The notes beneath the pieces were generated by a model that saw only the letters and a list, made by a program, of their open reading frames with translations, was not told where the DNA came from and did not search any database. This document shows, one piece after another, positions 40,716 through 52,900 of a stretch of DNA of 64,000 bases. Every line of letters starts with the position of its first letter. The first letter of the stretch is position 1. Where the stretch lies: the NCBI GenBank assembly GCA_030141605.1, contig JAQGDQ010000048.1, positions 806,001 to 870,000 on the forward strand. Reading direction: 5' to 3'. The stretch is from Tubiluchus corallicola. Taxonomy: Eukaryota > Animalia > Priapulida. The position numbers and the translations under genes were made by a program.

Positions 40716-43700
40716 ATTTTGTCTACGACTTGTATGAATTTTGCATTTTTTAAATTGGACAATAATTTCTTTTCTGATAGTTTTACAGACTGCAATTCAA
40801 ACCTCCCAACTCGAGACTTCCTGTAAACTGAATACGTTTATTCATTTTAGTGCATTTGCAAAGTAAAGAAAAACTGTGCCTGTCAGTTGTTTTTGCTATA
40901 AATTCCAAGATTCCTCTTATCAATAATTTTAAGAAAGACGATGTCTACAAAAGGGAGGTAAAAATTTCATACTCCTCTGTTTATCTAGGTCTTGTTCTCT
41001 GGCTTCATATCTCTTATCATACCCTCAGGATCTCCAAGAATACTGTGACTTTAGTTTAGCCGTGGTGCAGTTATACTTTATTGAGGTGGGAGAAAGTTAT
41101 TCCTTGCTTACGATACGTGGTGCCTGCGATACTAATACATCACTAAGATTTGTCAATCTCTATCTCTCGGAGGTTAAAGTTTGAGTTAGGACTCAATATT
41201 TGATAGGTACCATCGCGGAAGCCATGCCTAATCAATACGTGGTGCAATACTCGAAATGAACACACAAAAACCACAATTCGTTGGTTCGCGTCTCTAAAGT
41301 GGCTTGTGACTGTGTATATCTTGCCTAGTAAGTAAGTGGTTTGGGTTTACGTTTGGAAAACTGCCTCTGGGTAGTTTCATTTGACACAGTGGCGCCTGGT
41401 ATGAGTACTGTCCACCTATGAGGGAGGATGCACGTTCATTCGAACAAGGCTAAGACACATATGACGTTCAGTGTCTCATCTTCTCATGTTAGTGTAAATG
41501 AGCTAGATTTCAGTAATAACTAATAATCTAGATAAAACAGGCGTTATCGTTGCCTGCTGGATGTCGGCTACCTTAGTGCTGAACTGCGTGAAAAGATATG
41601 TAAAAGTACGTAATATGATGCAGTTCCGAGTTAAGTCCAGGTAAGTTAACGTTGACGGTCTAATGTGATAAAAACTGTAGTTGAATTACGGACATCCAGG
41701 TAACCAAATCAAACTCTGAATGAATTTTCACAGCACGTTTGGTTTTCTTGTATAAAAGCGCTAGTATTCATGAAACAGCTTACTGCGTGTTTTCGTGGTC
41801 ACGATTGCAGAGGGTCAATCTACGCCAAACTCCATTATCTCTAGTCTCAGTTATTGGGAAACAATCTTGAACAAGTTTGTTTCAGTGATTTAATTACTAC
41901 AACGTTCCGTATTTGTATATGTTATGTGTACCCTTACCTATGCCTAAATATTATATTGATAAAACCGATTAATGACTTTAATTTTGTTCGAATTTCCAAT
42001 CACCAAGTGCCATCTTTTGGCATCAGTGTTGCAATTCAACACCGAGTAACCGACGCTTACCAAACAAAAACAGATTGAAGTTTTCTCAAAGCTATTCCAT
42101 GTTTGACTTGTGTAACTCCTAGTCTCCTGAATTTGAAGGCAAATAAAGGAACCAGCCTGTAAGCACGGCAGATACTAGATTCTGTCCAGGCTTCAGAAGA
42201 AATTTTCATGCTTATTTTCCCAATGAATCGGATTAGAAGGGTGTTCGGGTGGGGTGGCCTAAGGATGGAAGTGGGGTAGACTGAGCACTGCACTTTATTA
42301 TTCAGATGAATCGCTGTGCGCACTCCCCAGTGGAGCGGGGAACGCTGAGTAAAAACATCTAAAGGTAAAGAGCCAACACCAGTAATGATCCGTGCATCCC
42401 AGCAACGAAAACGTGCTAAATATTGGTACAAAATTCCACATAGAAACAGCGTGACTTGCAATACCTTGACATCAACTATAATAATACTTTTACTACAAAA
42501 TTCATAGACTTTAACTTCTATGATTGCACGACAGTATAAATACGTATATAGACACCATTGCAATCTAACGTAAGTATATCAGTTTTTTAGGTGGAATTAG
42601 TGATAAGAATGTTATATCCCTAGCAATAAGGAATGTTCGGGCCTATTTTGTATAGGCCCTCGAGCTCTTCGGCGATTAACAAACTGGGTCCTTTTTAGGC
42701 CCTAAGTCTATTTCTATAGCATGTATAAAAACGTGAAATTCATTTTTATATTACAATGCCAATTTCTAGCAAATAATGAAGTCAAGAACAACAGCAAAAA
42801 TGGAAAAGAAGAGAAAAGAGCATAGGAAAGGAGAAATATTTCAATAGCAGTTTGCGTTTATAAATAAAATCACTCAATTAAATATATGAACCCTCTTGTG
42901 TATTCTTAAACAAAAGCGTGCTAGATCAGACAATCACATTTTAATACCTACCATGGTTGATTTTAACAGTTTAATTGGAAAAGGTCGTAATTGAGCAAGT
43001 AAGTGAGTGAGTGAGTAAGTGAGGGAATCACCAATTTTTTTGTAGGACTAAAGCTCATGCTTGGAAATGTCTCACTTTCGCATCACATAGAATTATATTA
43101 AAAAAGAAACTATGAACGTCTTTCTGATTGCAAGTTTTGAAATCAAATTAAGCTTTTAGAAACCAATCAAAACAAAGCTTTGCACCTACATAACTGATTT
43201 CTTTTACACCTACATGAGTTATTTCGTCCTTATGGCTTGAAAGATGATTTCGCCGACTTGTCAAGTTAAGAAAAAAAACAGCTAACACCTAACAGCTAAC
43301 GTAATACATCCACATATAGTCGAATGATCTTTAGTGTAACTTTGCAATCAGAAAAAACGCTGATAATTTTATTAAAATATCTTCGTACACTACAGAAACA
43401 CACCTGCATAAATTTTCCTATGTGTTGTAGGTCTAGATACCATGCATGGTAACTGCCTCAGACGAAAAAAATCCAAGTAATTATTATTAAATTTATGACA
43501 CATCAACTTGGACATTACATGATTTTGGTAGTATCTTTACCAACTCTAAAACTGTATCATATAGCCCAGTACATATAACTTTCAAATTTCTGTTGTTTTT
43601 TAATTGCAGATTCTGATATATTGGCTGGACTGCCCTCAACGTTTTAGAACAGTAGAGCCGGTAAAAGATAACTCATTCATTTAGTATAGTTTTCCACATG

Positions 43701-44924
43701 CGCACTATAGCTGCACAAATTACAACTCGTTCCCTATTGATCTAAAAAGCGCGCTGACTCTAAAACCCGATGATGAAGACAAATTCTTGTCATAAATAAG
43801 AGTATTCTGGCAAGTATTAATGAGACGTAGATAAATCTTTGTTACCTATGCCACTAATGACTTACAAATTTCTCCGGCTAGCATTATTTGCATTGGATTT
43901 TGCTGAAATTACAAGCAACTGATTTATACGCGCGAAGCCAAACTGGAGTATAATGAGACGCACCGTAATTACGGTGCATAGAAAATTATAAGTTAGCGAG
44001 CAGAAAATTGAAATTTATCATCATTATCATAATTTCGGTTCGACTTAATTCCCTCTAACGAGAAAAACCGCTGCAGATTAGTACCAAGGATATTCAAATT
44101 TTTGCGCAACAATCGAAGAAGTGAACAACGCTAGCGGCTCGGTGGCGTTATCTGCGCAGGATAGACGGCGGTGCATCATTTGGCTTCAGATATCGTTTCA
44201 ATCTTCTCTGGCGCTAGGCAGCCAGCCATAGATAAAAATTGCATGTAGCAGCACTAACTCTGAGTGCACTCACTTAGATCCGTTACAATTAATTAAGTAA
44301 AAATCTTTATCTCTGGTCCAAGTGTCCGATTTAAAAAGTAAGCTGTCCTGTTAGTTTCTTGCTTTACAACTTTTTAACTTTTAGAATTCAATATCCACAA
44401 ACTGTGCAAAGTGTGCACGCCCTTCGGTGGTGAAATTGTAGCTATTTAACAACGTCCCAACTGTTGACTACGTGCTTTCTTCAATTATGAACAATTTGTA
44501 AACTCCATCACCCTGCGCCAGTTAAGTAACCACTTCCCAAAACAGAGCATTTTTTGGTCCCATTTGAGTTGTTTCTTTTTGTGTAATTACATTTGCCTGT
44601 TTGGTAATAGCAAGCCAAAACCAACAATTCTATCAGTTTCTTGACATCAGTTCAGTTAACGAAATGACTAGTTGTGGGTCAAGTTGAGCTCACTGTGTTT
44701 TTTCAAGCACTTTTCGTCAATACTTTGGAAAAAAAGAAATGTTTGGGCTATAGACTGACTGCTACAGAAATTTTGGAAGCTATATTTTTACAATCACAAA
44801 TACCGAATAAAAGTGCGTCTATTTGAAATTTTTGCAGCCAAGCTCTTTTTGTAGTTAAGGGTGAGATTTAAGGTGGTGACATCTGTTTATCTTTAAGAGT
44901 ATCCAAGAATCTTCATACACAGGC

Positions 44925-45330
44925 AATTTTGACACAATATATATATATATTTGACACAAAACCTTACGGACACATAGGTTATTTGGACAGATGGGTTATT
45001 TAGACACAGACAGTTCAGACAAATGACATGGATCATTTGAACGCTAGGACACAAAGTTACAAGAGGTGTTTTGGACACACAGGACAATGTGTCCAAATGA
45101 CGTAAATGTCCTAATCATCTTGCATCTAAATTATTTATCTGTCCAAATAGCCTACGTGTTCAAATAACGTACATGTCCGTTTTGCCTTGTGTTCCAAATG
45201 ACTTTCCATCTTACTTTTGTCCAAATGTGTTGTATCCAAAATGCATATAATTCCAAAGGAATTTGTGTTTAAATTTCCAGTGCGCCTAAATATGACCTGT
45301 ATTCAAATCACCTTGTATCCAAATGACTTA
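44925..45330. repeat. Foldback-type repeat: tandem TTGGACACA-like units on the left, TGTGTCCAA-like units on the right
   Basis: Motif orientation flips at about 45085; 44968-45008 pairs with 45121-45161 at about 32/41 nt. Confidence 0.65.
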
Positions 45331-45650
45331 CATGTGTTTTACGATAAAGCATTCTGTGTAAAAATGTCTGCTGGCAGCAGGATTTCTCACGAGGAAAACC
45401 ATGAGGAAAATTCCTCACGAGGTGTATGTGTGAAATGCGTTATTAGTAGGAATGTGTTTCATTTTCGTACGCTAGTAATCCAACAAAAAATTTCCTCGAA
45501 TTTTGCTCACGCGTCCTTGGCGTGAAATGGGCCTAACTGACTGCCCTGCATGTGTTCCGCATTTCTAATCCAAACTTCGCTATTCTACGAAAATATAAGC
45601 TAATGATATAACACTGCACAAAAATTCAGAGAAGTACAATAACAGGTACA

Positions 45651-45656
45651 TTTATT
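45651..45656 (-). promoter_or_regulatory. Candidate distal polyadenylation signal of copy B (3' UTR about 2.7 kb); other AATAAA at 47963, 47437, 46777
   Basis: Minus strand reads AATAAATGTACCTGTTATTGTACTTCTCTGAATTTTTGTG, i.e. the signal followed by GT/T-rich sequence. Confidence 0.35.
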
Positions 45657-48353
45657 ATTATTTTACATGGATAAATATTAAACATCTTGCACAATAATAA
45701 TGCTACGGCATAATAAATTTCATTTTTTTCGCTATGAACAACTGAAAAAAGAATACAGACTAAGGGGAGGCAGTGAGAAGTTTTTAACTGAGCTTTTACA
45801 GCAGATTCACGTAGTAAAAAGAAATCGATGCAGATTACTACATTTTCTTTTCAGGAGATCTATTTTGGAGTATCAGTAAAGGCAATGTGCTACAACAATA
45901 ACAAATTACAGTTTATTTTTATGAGAGGCGCCGTTAGTTTACATAGGTTTGGTAGTAGAATTTCAAAGACGATTCATTTCGAAGTTAGATAGGCATAATC
46001 AGTATAGGTTTGGTACTTGAATTTTAAATTTAGCACTGTAGTTGCTAAAAAAATTATAAATATCTGACCTAAATCACTTTTGTAGCTCAGATTCCAATCA
46101 TTTGAGTGATCGTTTTTAAATACGTCAAAATTGGGCGATGTTGCGCGGTTTTAGTTCACAAAAAAGCTTTATTTTGTGAGGTATTTGTTATTTATCTAAA
46201 GGCAGACATGCACTTCAAAAAGATTAGAATTAAAATGAACATTGATATTTTCTGCAATTTAATCTGCCAAACTTATTTGCGTTCAAAACAAAGGTGTCTT
46301 CAATGGTCTTAATCTCTTATTATATTAAGTGCAAAAAAGCTCAACGTAACAATAGTGTTTTGCGTTACTCGCTTGCGATGCAACTTTACAAGCAGACTGC
46401 CTTTGTCGTGGAGCCGTTCTCGTTTTCGTTCTCATTCACGAATGAGTTTTTGTTACGTCACAATAAAGTTACTCCGAACTTAAATTTTTACGATAAAACG
46501 GATTCTATAGCAACGCTAAATGGCAGTCTAAATAATATATTCACGAAATGGACACCACGACAACGATAAATGGCGCTCTAACTGGCAAATCCAGGCAGTT
46601 CAGCAGAAAAAAACTCAATAAAGAAGTAACCCAGTGCTTCACATTCCAGACTAGTAAGAAAAAGCATAAATGAATGGGTAAACCAAGCAATGCCTTTATA
46701 CAGTTTAAATGTGAGTTACACTTTGTTTGTATGAATTAAAGTCAAATTTTCATGGAGATTACAGACAGATTTCAGATTTATTATAGTAATAATTATTGCA
46801 TCGCAAAATGGTGTTAACGAATTGACTGTGGATTTTAAGCCTGATAGTACTAGTACAACTAACTTCTGTAATCTAATGTGAACACAAGTTTTTCTGAGTC
46901 AACAGAAAAGTTTATAGGTGAATGTGACCTGTAATCTTTAAATTTATGCATAATGTCAAAGCACTAGCACATCTCTCAGAGATTCTTCCGTTGCAATTTA
47001 TAAATTATTCTGCTTGTTCAGTAGTCTGGACCTTTAATAGTCAAATGTAGTTACATTGTAGTAGGAATGTCAGAAACCGAGGTATTTCTGTAACTTTAAA
47101 ATTCCAATAACTGTCTTACAAAACTGTAACTAAGTATAGCATTTGAAGAAGTTTTAAAGAGTTGAACAGGAATGTACACTTAATCGGATACGTGTAACAA
47201 GATTTTTCATGTCATACATAAACTATTCAGGAGTGTAAAAACATTGTGCTGACTGTCATTGCAGGAAAAAAGATAGAAAGGAAATACACATAGTCATATA
47301 GACTAATGCACAATTGACGCAATGTAAATAAAATTGGTTCTTTGTACTGTCCAAAAGAAAAATAATTACTTAAATCATGCACGCATTCTCGAACAAAATA
47401 CTGAAAATTCATTGGCTATCATTATTTATGTTGTGGTTTATTTCAAAATTATAAAATGTAAAATTAATTTTGAAATAAACTGGAATAAAATTTGATTTTA
47501 AAACGCATGCAATTGACTCCTTGCATGGCGTTAGTAATGATCGTTTGAAGTATTTATAACTAGATGTAGACCAAATGAACAAACTTGAGCTGACCTATCC
47601 TCACTATCTTAGTACATTAAAACAATAGTTAGCAGGCATTAAGGTTTCTTAACTAACATAGTGACATCATTCACTGGTTTATCATATTTTTGACAGTTAC
47701 AATGTAAACAACACGTAAATAAAATCTACTATGAATCACAGATAAGTTTAATTATTCAAAAAATCAGAGATTCACTCGTAAAGAAACCAAGCTTAAACAA
47801 TCTTGGTGTTGACATACAAGTCGCACACTCAAATGAGAATAATGAGGGAAATCTTCGAAATGAAGCAGTAATTCCCTTTACTAGAACACAATCGTGACGA
47901 TACGTTTTGCTAAACATCAATAACACTTTTCAGGTAATCAGTCGACCTTAGGTGAGATATAGTTTATTGTTGGTGACTAGTTAATGCTAAAGTCACTGAA
48001 AGCCCACGATACAAGATTACACGTTTCTGTATTAAGACGTGCACAACTGTCTCTCTGTCAGCCTATGTTTCGTATCACATCATTTAATCCTGAATCTGTA
48101 TCTTGACGTAACAACAATCCACCCATCATGTCATGATGAAATAGGTAGAAATGTCAGCATTGCTTAGACATTTTCAGTCCTTCCTGCAAGATTCTCTGAT
48201 TTACCAGTGTCACTCATATCTGATTCAGTCACTCTTCCCATGGCAGTTCTCTCCTGATGACCCAATAGGCATCATAGTCTTTACCCAGGGTCAAGCTGTC
48301 ATCGCACCAATAACCACAAAAGCATATTGACTAATTTACACTATTGCGAGCTG

Positions 48354-48589
48354 CTATGTGGCATGAATGTCCATCACCTGACCCATCGGGTCGTGCATCT
48401 GAGGACTCTGGGCCGACGCCATGGCCGCCATACCATGGTGCGACATGTGACTAGGCAAGTGTCCCATCATCATGTGATGGGGGTGGCCGGGTATGAGCAT
48501 TGCCTGCGTGTTCACTGGGTTTCGGAGATGCGGCGCATGGTGGCTGTACCCACCCATTGTGTCATGGTGACCTCCACCACCAAACATAC
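48354..48589 (-). CDS. Meis: Meis/hth copy B terminal coding exon
   Basis: Minus-strand acceptor tttttgcag|; (G)MFGGGGHHDTMGGYSHHAPHLRNPVNTQAMLIPGHPHHMMMGHLPSHMSHHGMAAMASAQSPQMHDPMGQVMDIHAT-TAG; paralogous to 39420-39664. Confidence 0.95.
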
Positions 48590-48883
48590 CTGCAAAAATG
48601 AGAATGTTAGTTTACTGCAAAGACAACATTATTGATTTACCAATATATAGATGCAATTTTTGGCTGCAGAAATACTTTTATTAAATTCGAAATCAAGAAG
48701 TTTGCTGTGAGTATCAATGCTTTTTTTCTCCCAAGTGTTTATTTTCTTAGCATGAAAAGACAGGCACTTTAATATCTAGAAAGGTCGAGCGATCATTGAA
48801 CTCTTTGTTTTATTATTCCTTATGTTATTTTATTTGTCTCTGGCCTCTGTAGAAGAATATACTGAGAAAAATCAAAATTTTAC

Positions 48884-48973
48884 CGTGTCGTAAATGCATT
48901 TGTTGACCGTCCATCATTCCAGCAGGATACCCCATTGCGTCCGGACCATCTGGACTGTAGGCGCCTGGAGGAC
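48884..48973 (-). CDS. Meis: Meis/hth copy B exon 11 (90 nt)
   Basis: Minus-strand acceptor ggtttag|, donor G|gtaaaa; (G)PPGAYSPDGPDAMGYPAGMMDGQQMHLRH; phase 1 to phase 1; paralogous to 38634-38717. Confidence 0.93.
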
Positions 48974-49064
48974 CTAAACCATGAAAAAGAAACTGCATTG
49001 ACTTTCTTGTTTCTGTATAGCTTATTTTTTGTAATCAGTGAATATGGGCACAAAATTGCCACAT

Positions 49065-49240
<176 letters not shown>

Positions 49241-49621
49241 CAGTTACAGTGCAACAATATTAGCCTCACAAAAAAATTTAGAAAAGGTTACATGGATGCC
49301 ATTTTGTTCTGTCATTGAATTTAAAGCGCGGCAGCTTCTATTAGTTTAATAATTATTTTACAAGATGGCGGTACATATACTTTAACTTAATTCACTATGT
49401 ATATACATATATTGAGTATGTGGCGCCATCCACTAGCAAGAAAGGCAGAAAAACTGCTGTTATATTTTTACATAAATTTTTGACAAAAGTTTTCAGCAAT
49501 AAGGTGTGATTTCTCGGCGCAACGAGCAAAAATTTGAAAAGCAAGAAAGTACATTGATAAAAAGCATATACAGATAAAACATAAATTACTTATTGTAATC
49601 TTAATTTCAAAATTATAATTA

Positions 49622-49972
49622 ATGATGGAACAAGCCTTCAAACTTGAAAGACAGGAAATGTGTGAAAAAGTCGGAATACAACCTGATTTGAACAAAGACC
49701 TTCTGCTTACAACAGATACAAGGCAGACGTCTTCGACCATTCGGTCACTGCATCTCCCAGTGGACAAGGCAGTCCAATGTTCATCTCCTGCTACGGTTGG
49801 CCAGCTATGGGGATGAACTTGAATTGCCTTGACCACTGGTAGATACAGTAGCGGCTGCCTTGTAAGCAGAAGGTCCCTGGCTCAAATCTAGGCTGTCTCC
49901 CAACCTTTTTCACATTTCCTGTCTTTCAAGTTTGGAATCAAAACTTAATTAATTGTGGGTTTATTCCATCAT
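49622..49972. mobile_element. About 350 bp palindromic MITE-like element with two divergent tRNA-Thr(UGU)-like arms
   Basis: Termini ATGATGGAACAAGCC / GGTTTATTCCATCAT; arms pair along most of their length (CAAACTTGAAAGACAGGAAATG vs CATTTCCTGTCTTTCAAGTTTG; GACCTTCTGCTTACAA vs TTGTAAGCAGAAGGTC). Arms contain a CTGCCTTGTAAGCAG anticodon-like stem and a G(T/C)TCAAATC B-box-like motif. Confidence 0.7.
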
Positions 49973-52900
49973 GGACATATAACAGAAAAATCGCAGCTGA
50001 AGAAGGTTTAGACACAAGAATGCCTGTCAAAACAGGTCATACGTAAAAATGAAAACCAGAAAGTGACTCCATTACAGTGAAATTATTGTTCCAGGGTTTG
50101 TGCACACTCGTGCGTAAATTGAGTTTAATTGCTGCATAATGATAACGTGTGACACATATTTAAATGTCACGCAGCCAAGAACTACAAATGATGGATAGAG
50201 TAATGATAATTTCTAATTTTAGACTTCTCTTTTTTAAGTACATGTATAGCTTTGCCCTCCGGGTTTATCACTTTTGTGTGTGTTTGCTCGAATGAACGTT
50301 CTTGCTTTTTTTAGTTACCTTAAAATGAATATCTGAATTTACATGCCAATTTCTAAAAGGATACATACAAATTGTGCTTCGATACATTCTTTTATGCACG
50401 TAGCTTCATTTAAAAATGCTATGGTCTATAGGTGACGTAATTCCAAATTTAATTCAGTTTTTTGTCTGAATTTTACATACCAAGTCGTACATCATGAAAA
50501 TAATATGGACGTTGAAACGATGAAGTAGGCCTAATTCAGCCTTGGTTAAAGTTAGTTAAGCCTAAACACGGGATTCAATATTAATCATTGGCAATTGAAT
50601 GTATGCAAGGTGGCTTATTAAGCGGAACACACCTGAAAGGTCAGTTAACAACAGTGTTCGCATTTGGTCTTTCCTTAATTAAACTTTGCCTACATTTTCT
50701 TTAAATGGAAATAGCTGTGCCTGTGAACTATGAAAAAAGATGAACCACGATTTAACAATTACGTACATGTATAGGGCTTACTACTGATAGGGCAATAGCA
50801 CGCAAGAGTGCAAACTGCATGTATAATAATAAATAGTCTTTTGAGTGAGTGGTGCTTTGAGATTCTCAATTTTTTTTTAAAAAAAAGAAGTCATTTAGAG
50901 ACTGCACGATGTTGATTGACCTGGTGATAGACTGTAGAAAGCAATCAGCAGAAATCCATCTCCGGCTATAAATCACCTCCTGACAGCTTTGATAGACTGG
51001 TAACAACGCGGGGAGGAAGGTTGACTAACCGGGAAAATGGCCGTCATCAGAAAACCATTTAGCCAAGTATTGTCATCCATCAAGAGAATGTCTAACTGTT
51101 GCTAATGGCAGAAAATCTTTGAATTCGACAGAAGCTGGATGCAAAAGAATCTGGAATGCCCAAAGGAGAAGCAGAAACATGGCGGCCAACGTGACAAAGC
51201 TTGATGAGGGCTTTGCGTGACATTCACTGCTGCCCTGGCCAGGCTACCATGGCAATTTGATAGGTTGGTCATCAATCTCGTCTTGGTTTCTATAGTAACA
51301 CGCATCGATACTTCAACTTGGTATTTCCGACGTATGTCACCCTCGATTTCAGAAGATGCAATGGCGGGCGCACCAAATATTGAATAATAGCGTAACCAGC
51401 ACGGCGTACACTTTGAAGTAAAAAATATGAGATATCTAGATAGATATTTACAACTAAAATACCGTCAGCTACAACTAGTATTACGAAAAAAATTCTATAA
51501 CAATTAAATTAATGGAAATTAATAAACTATAACACAGACAGCTTATTTATAAAATTCACTTATTTGCTGATAATTAAGTGAACACTAAGATGACAAAGAC
51601 AAAATGATGGCATTGCTGTATGTGTGGACGAAATTATGTAAATATGTATAATAAATAATAATCAGTAACATTATATATTATAATTAATAGTGCAATTAGA
51701 TTAATTGTTGCTAAATTTAAGGCTGTGGGAAAATATAAACACCAACAGGCCCAACAAGATGACGTCCATTTTGGGGTATTATAGTGGGTATTACAAATGA
51801 TGATCTATATGCCTTCTTTACAGAAAGCAAGTCTGCGTTGAATGTGCATTGGAACTGGTTGTAAAATTTACACTCTACTTTTCGTACTACACGTCAGTCG
51901 TACTACACGTTTGATGGTAGGCTTATAAGAAGACGCCTAATATAACTTAAACAATTTTGATCATACGCCAAAAAATTGGGAACATGCAAAATGTTTCAGT
52001 CCATAGCGGTCTGCTAGGCCTAATTTTGATGTTCTTGATAAACCGATGGCTAACTCAGACAAGTATAACAGCGTAATATCTACAATAACTATGTATCCCA
52101 GCCTCCTTGGTAATGGATGAATGCTTTTAAATATTTCCATAGGCCACTCCGCATAAGACATGTAGTTCATGTCATATGCCTTATAGCTCTATTACCTCAT
52201 TTCACTTAGCACAGAGAATAGGCTATATAATTAATGCTAGGTTTATGTAATTTATAGATCTACATTGCCTCTTCGACAGGAACAAAATAGCCGCAGTGGC
52301 CAAATAGTTTTGCTGAAGACTAGCAGCAATCACTATAAACGTTTTGGCACTCATTTCTTCAATAAAACTAAGACACTCTCAGTGGGTGGAGTAGCTATTT
52401 TGCATCTAATTTACGTCCTGCATAGACTAATTACAAACTCTAGTCACAGCAGAAAAAGTCGGGTTTAAAAAACTAAATTTATTTTGGCAATCATCCGCGT
52501 CTGACGCCCAAAGAAACATTAAATTCGCCAAGGCCAGCACCCTCGTAAACTCACACAAGTATCGGGTGGCGATTGGCAAGACGTCTCCATGGATAAATTA
52601 CGATGACAAAGTGTCCTAAACCGACACCATCTCGTCAGATGTAAAATACGGCCGCCATCATTTGTTGCAGTTGTCGCAGAGTGCTGCATGTCTTGATGAA
52701 TAAAGCAGGAATTGCTGACACGATCTGATGTAATAACTGTCGCTGAGACAAACCATCTCACCAGCAGGAACAACACTAACCTGCCATAATGCGCTATTCA
52801 ATGCCGTATTTTATGACAACGGCGACCATTTTGAATTTGTGCTAACTAGACCAAACGGTGCCAAGTTAACTTTCATCAAGGATTTTTGAGATGATACATA

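Noticed and set aside
42057-42563. 168-aa minus-strand ORF between the two Meis genes
   Set aside because: No domain similarity or exon signals; the region looks like degraded interspersed repeat, which I cannot classify.
44925-45330. CRISPR-like array
   Set aside because: Eukaryotic context, short degenerate units with no unique spacers, and inverted organisation.
49674-49900. Functional tRNA-Thr genes
   Set aside because: Both arms are disrupted (insertion in the anticodon region of one, D arm deleted in the other, poor acceptor stems); treated as part of a repeat element.
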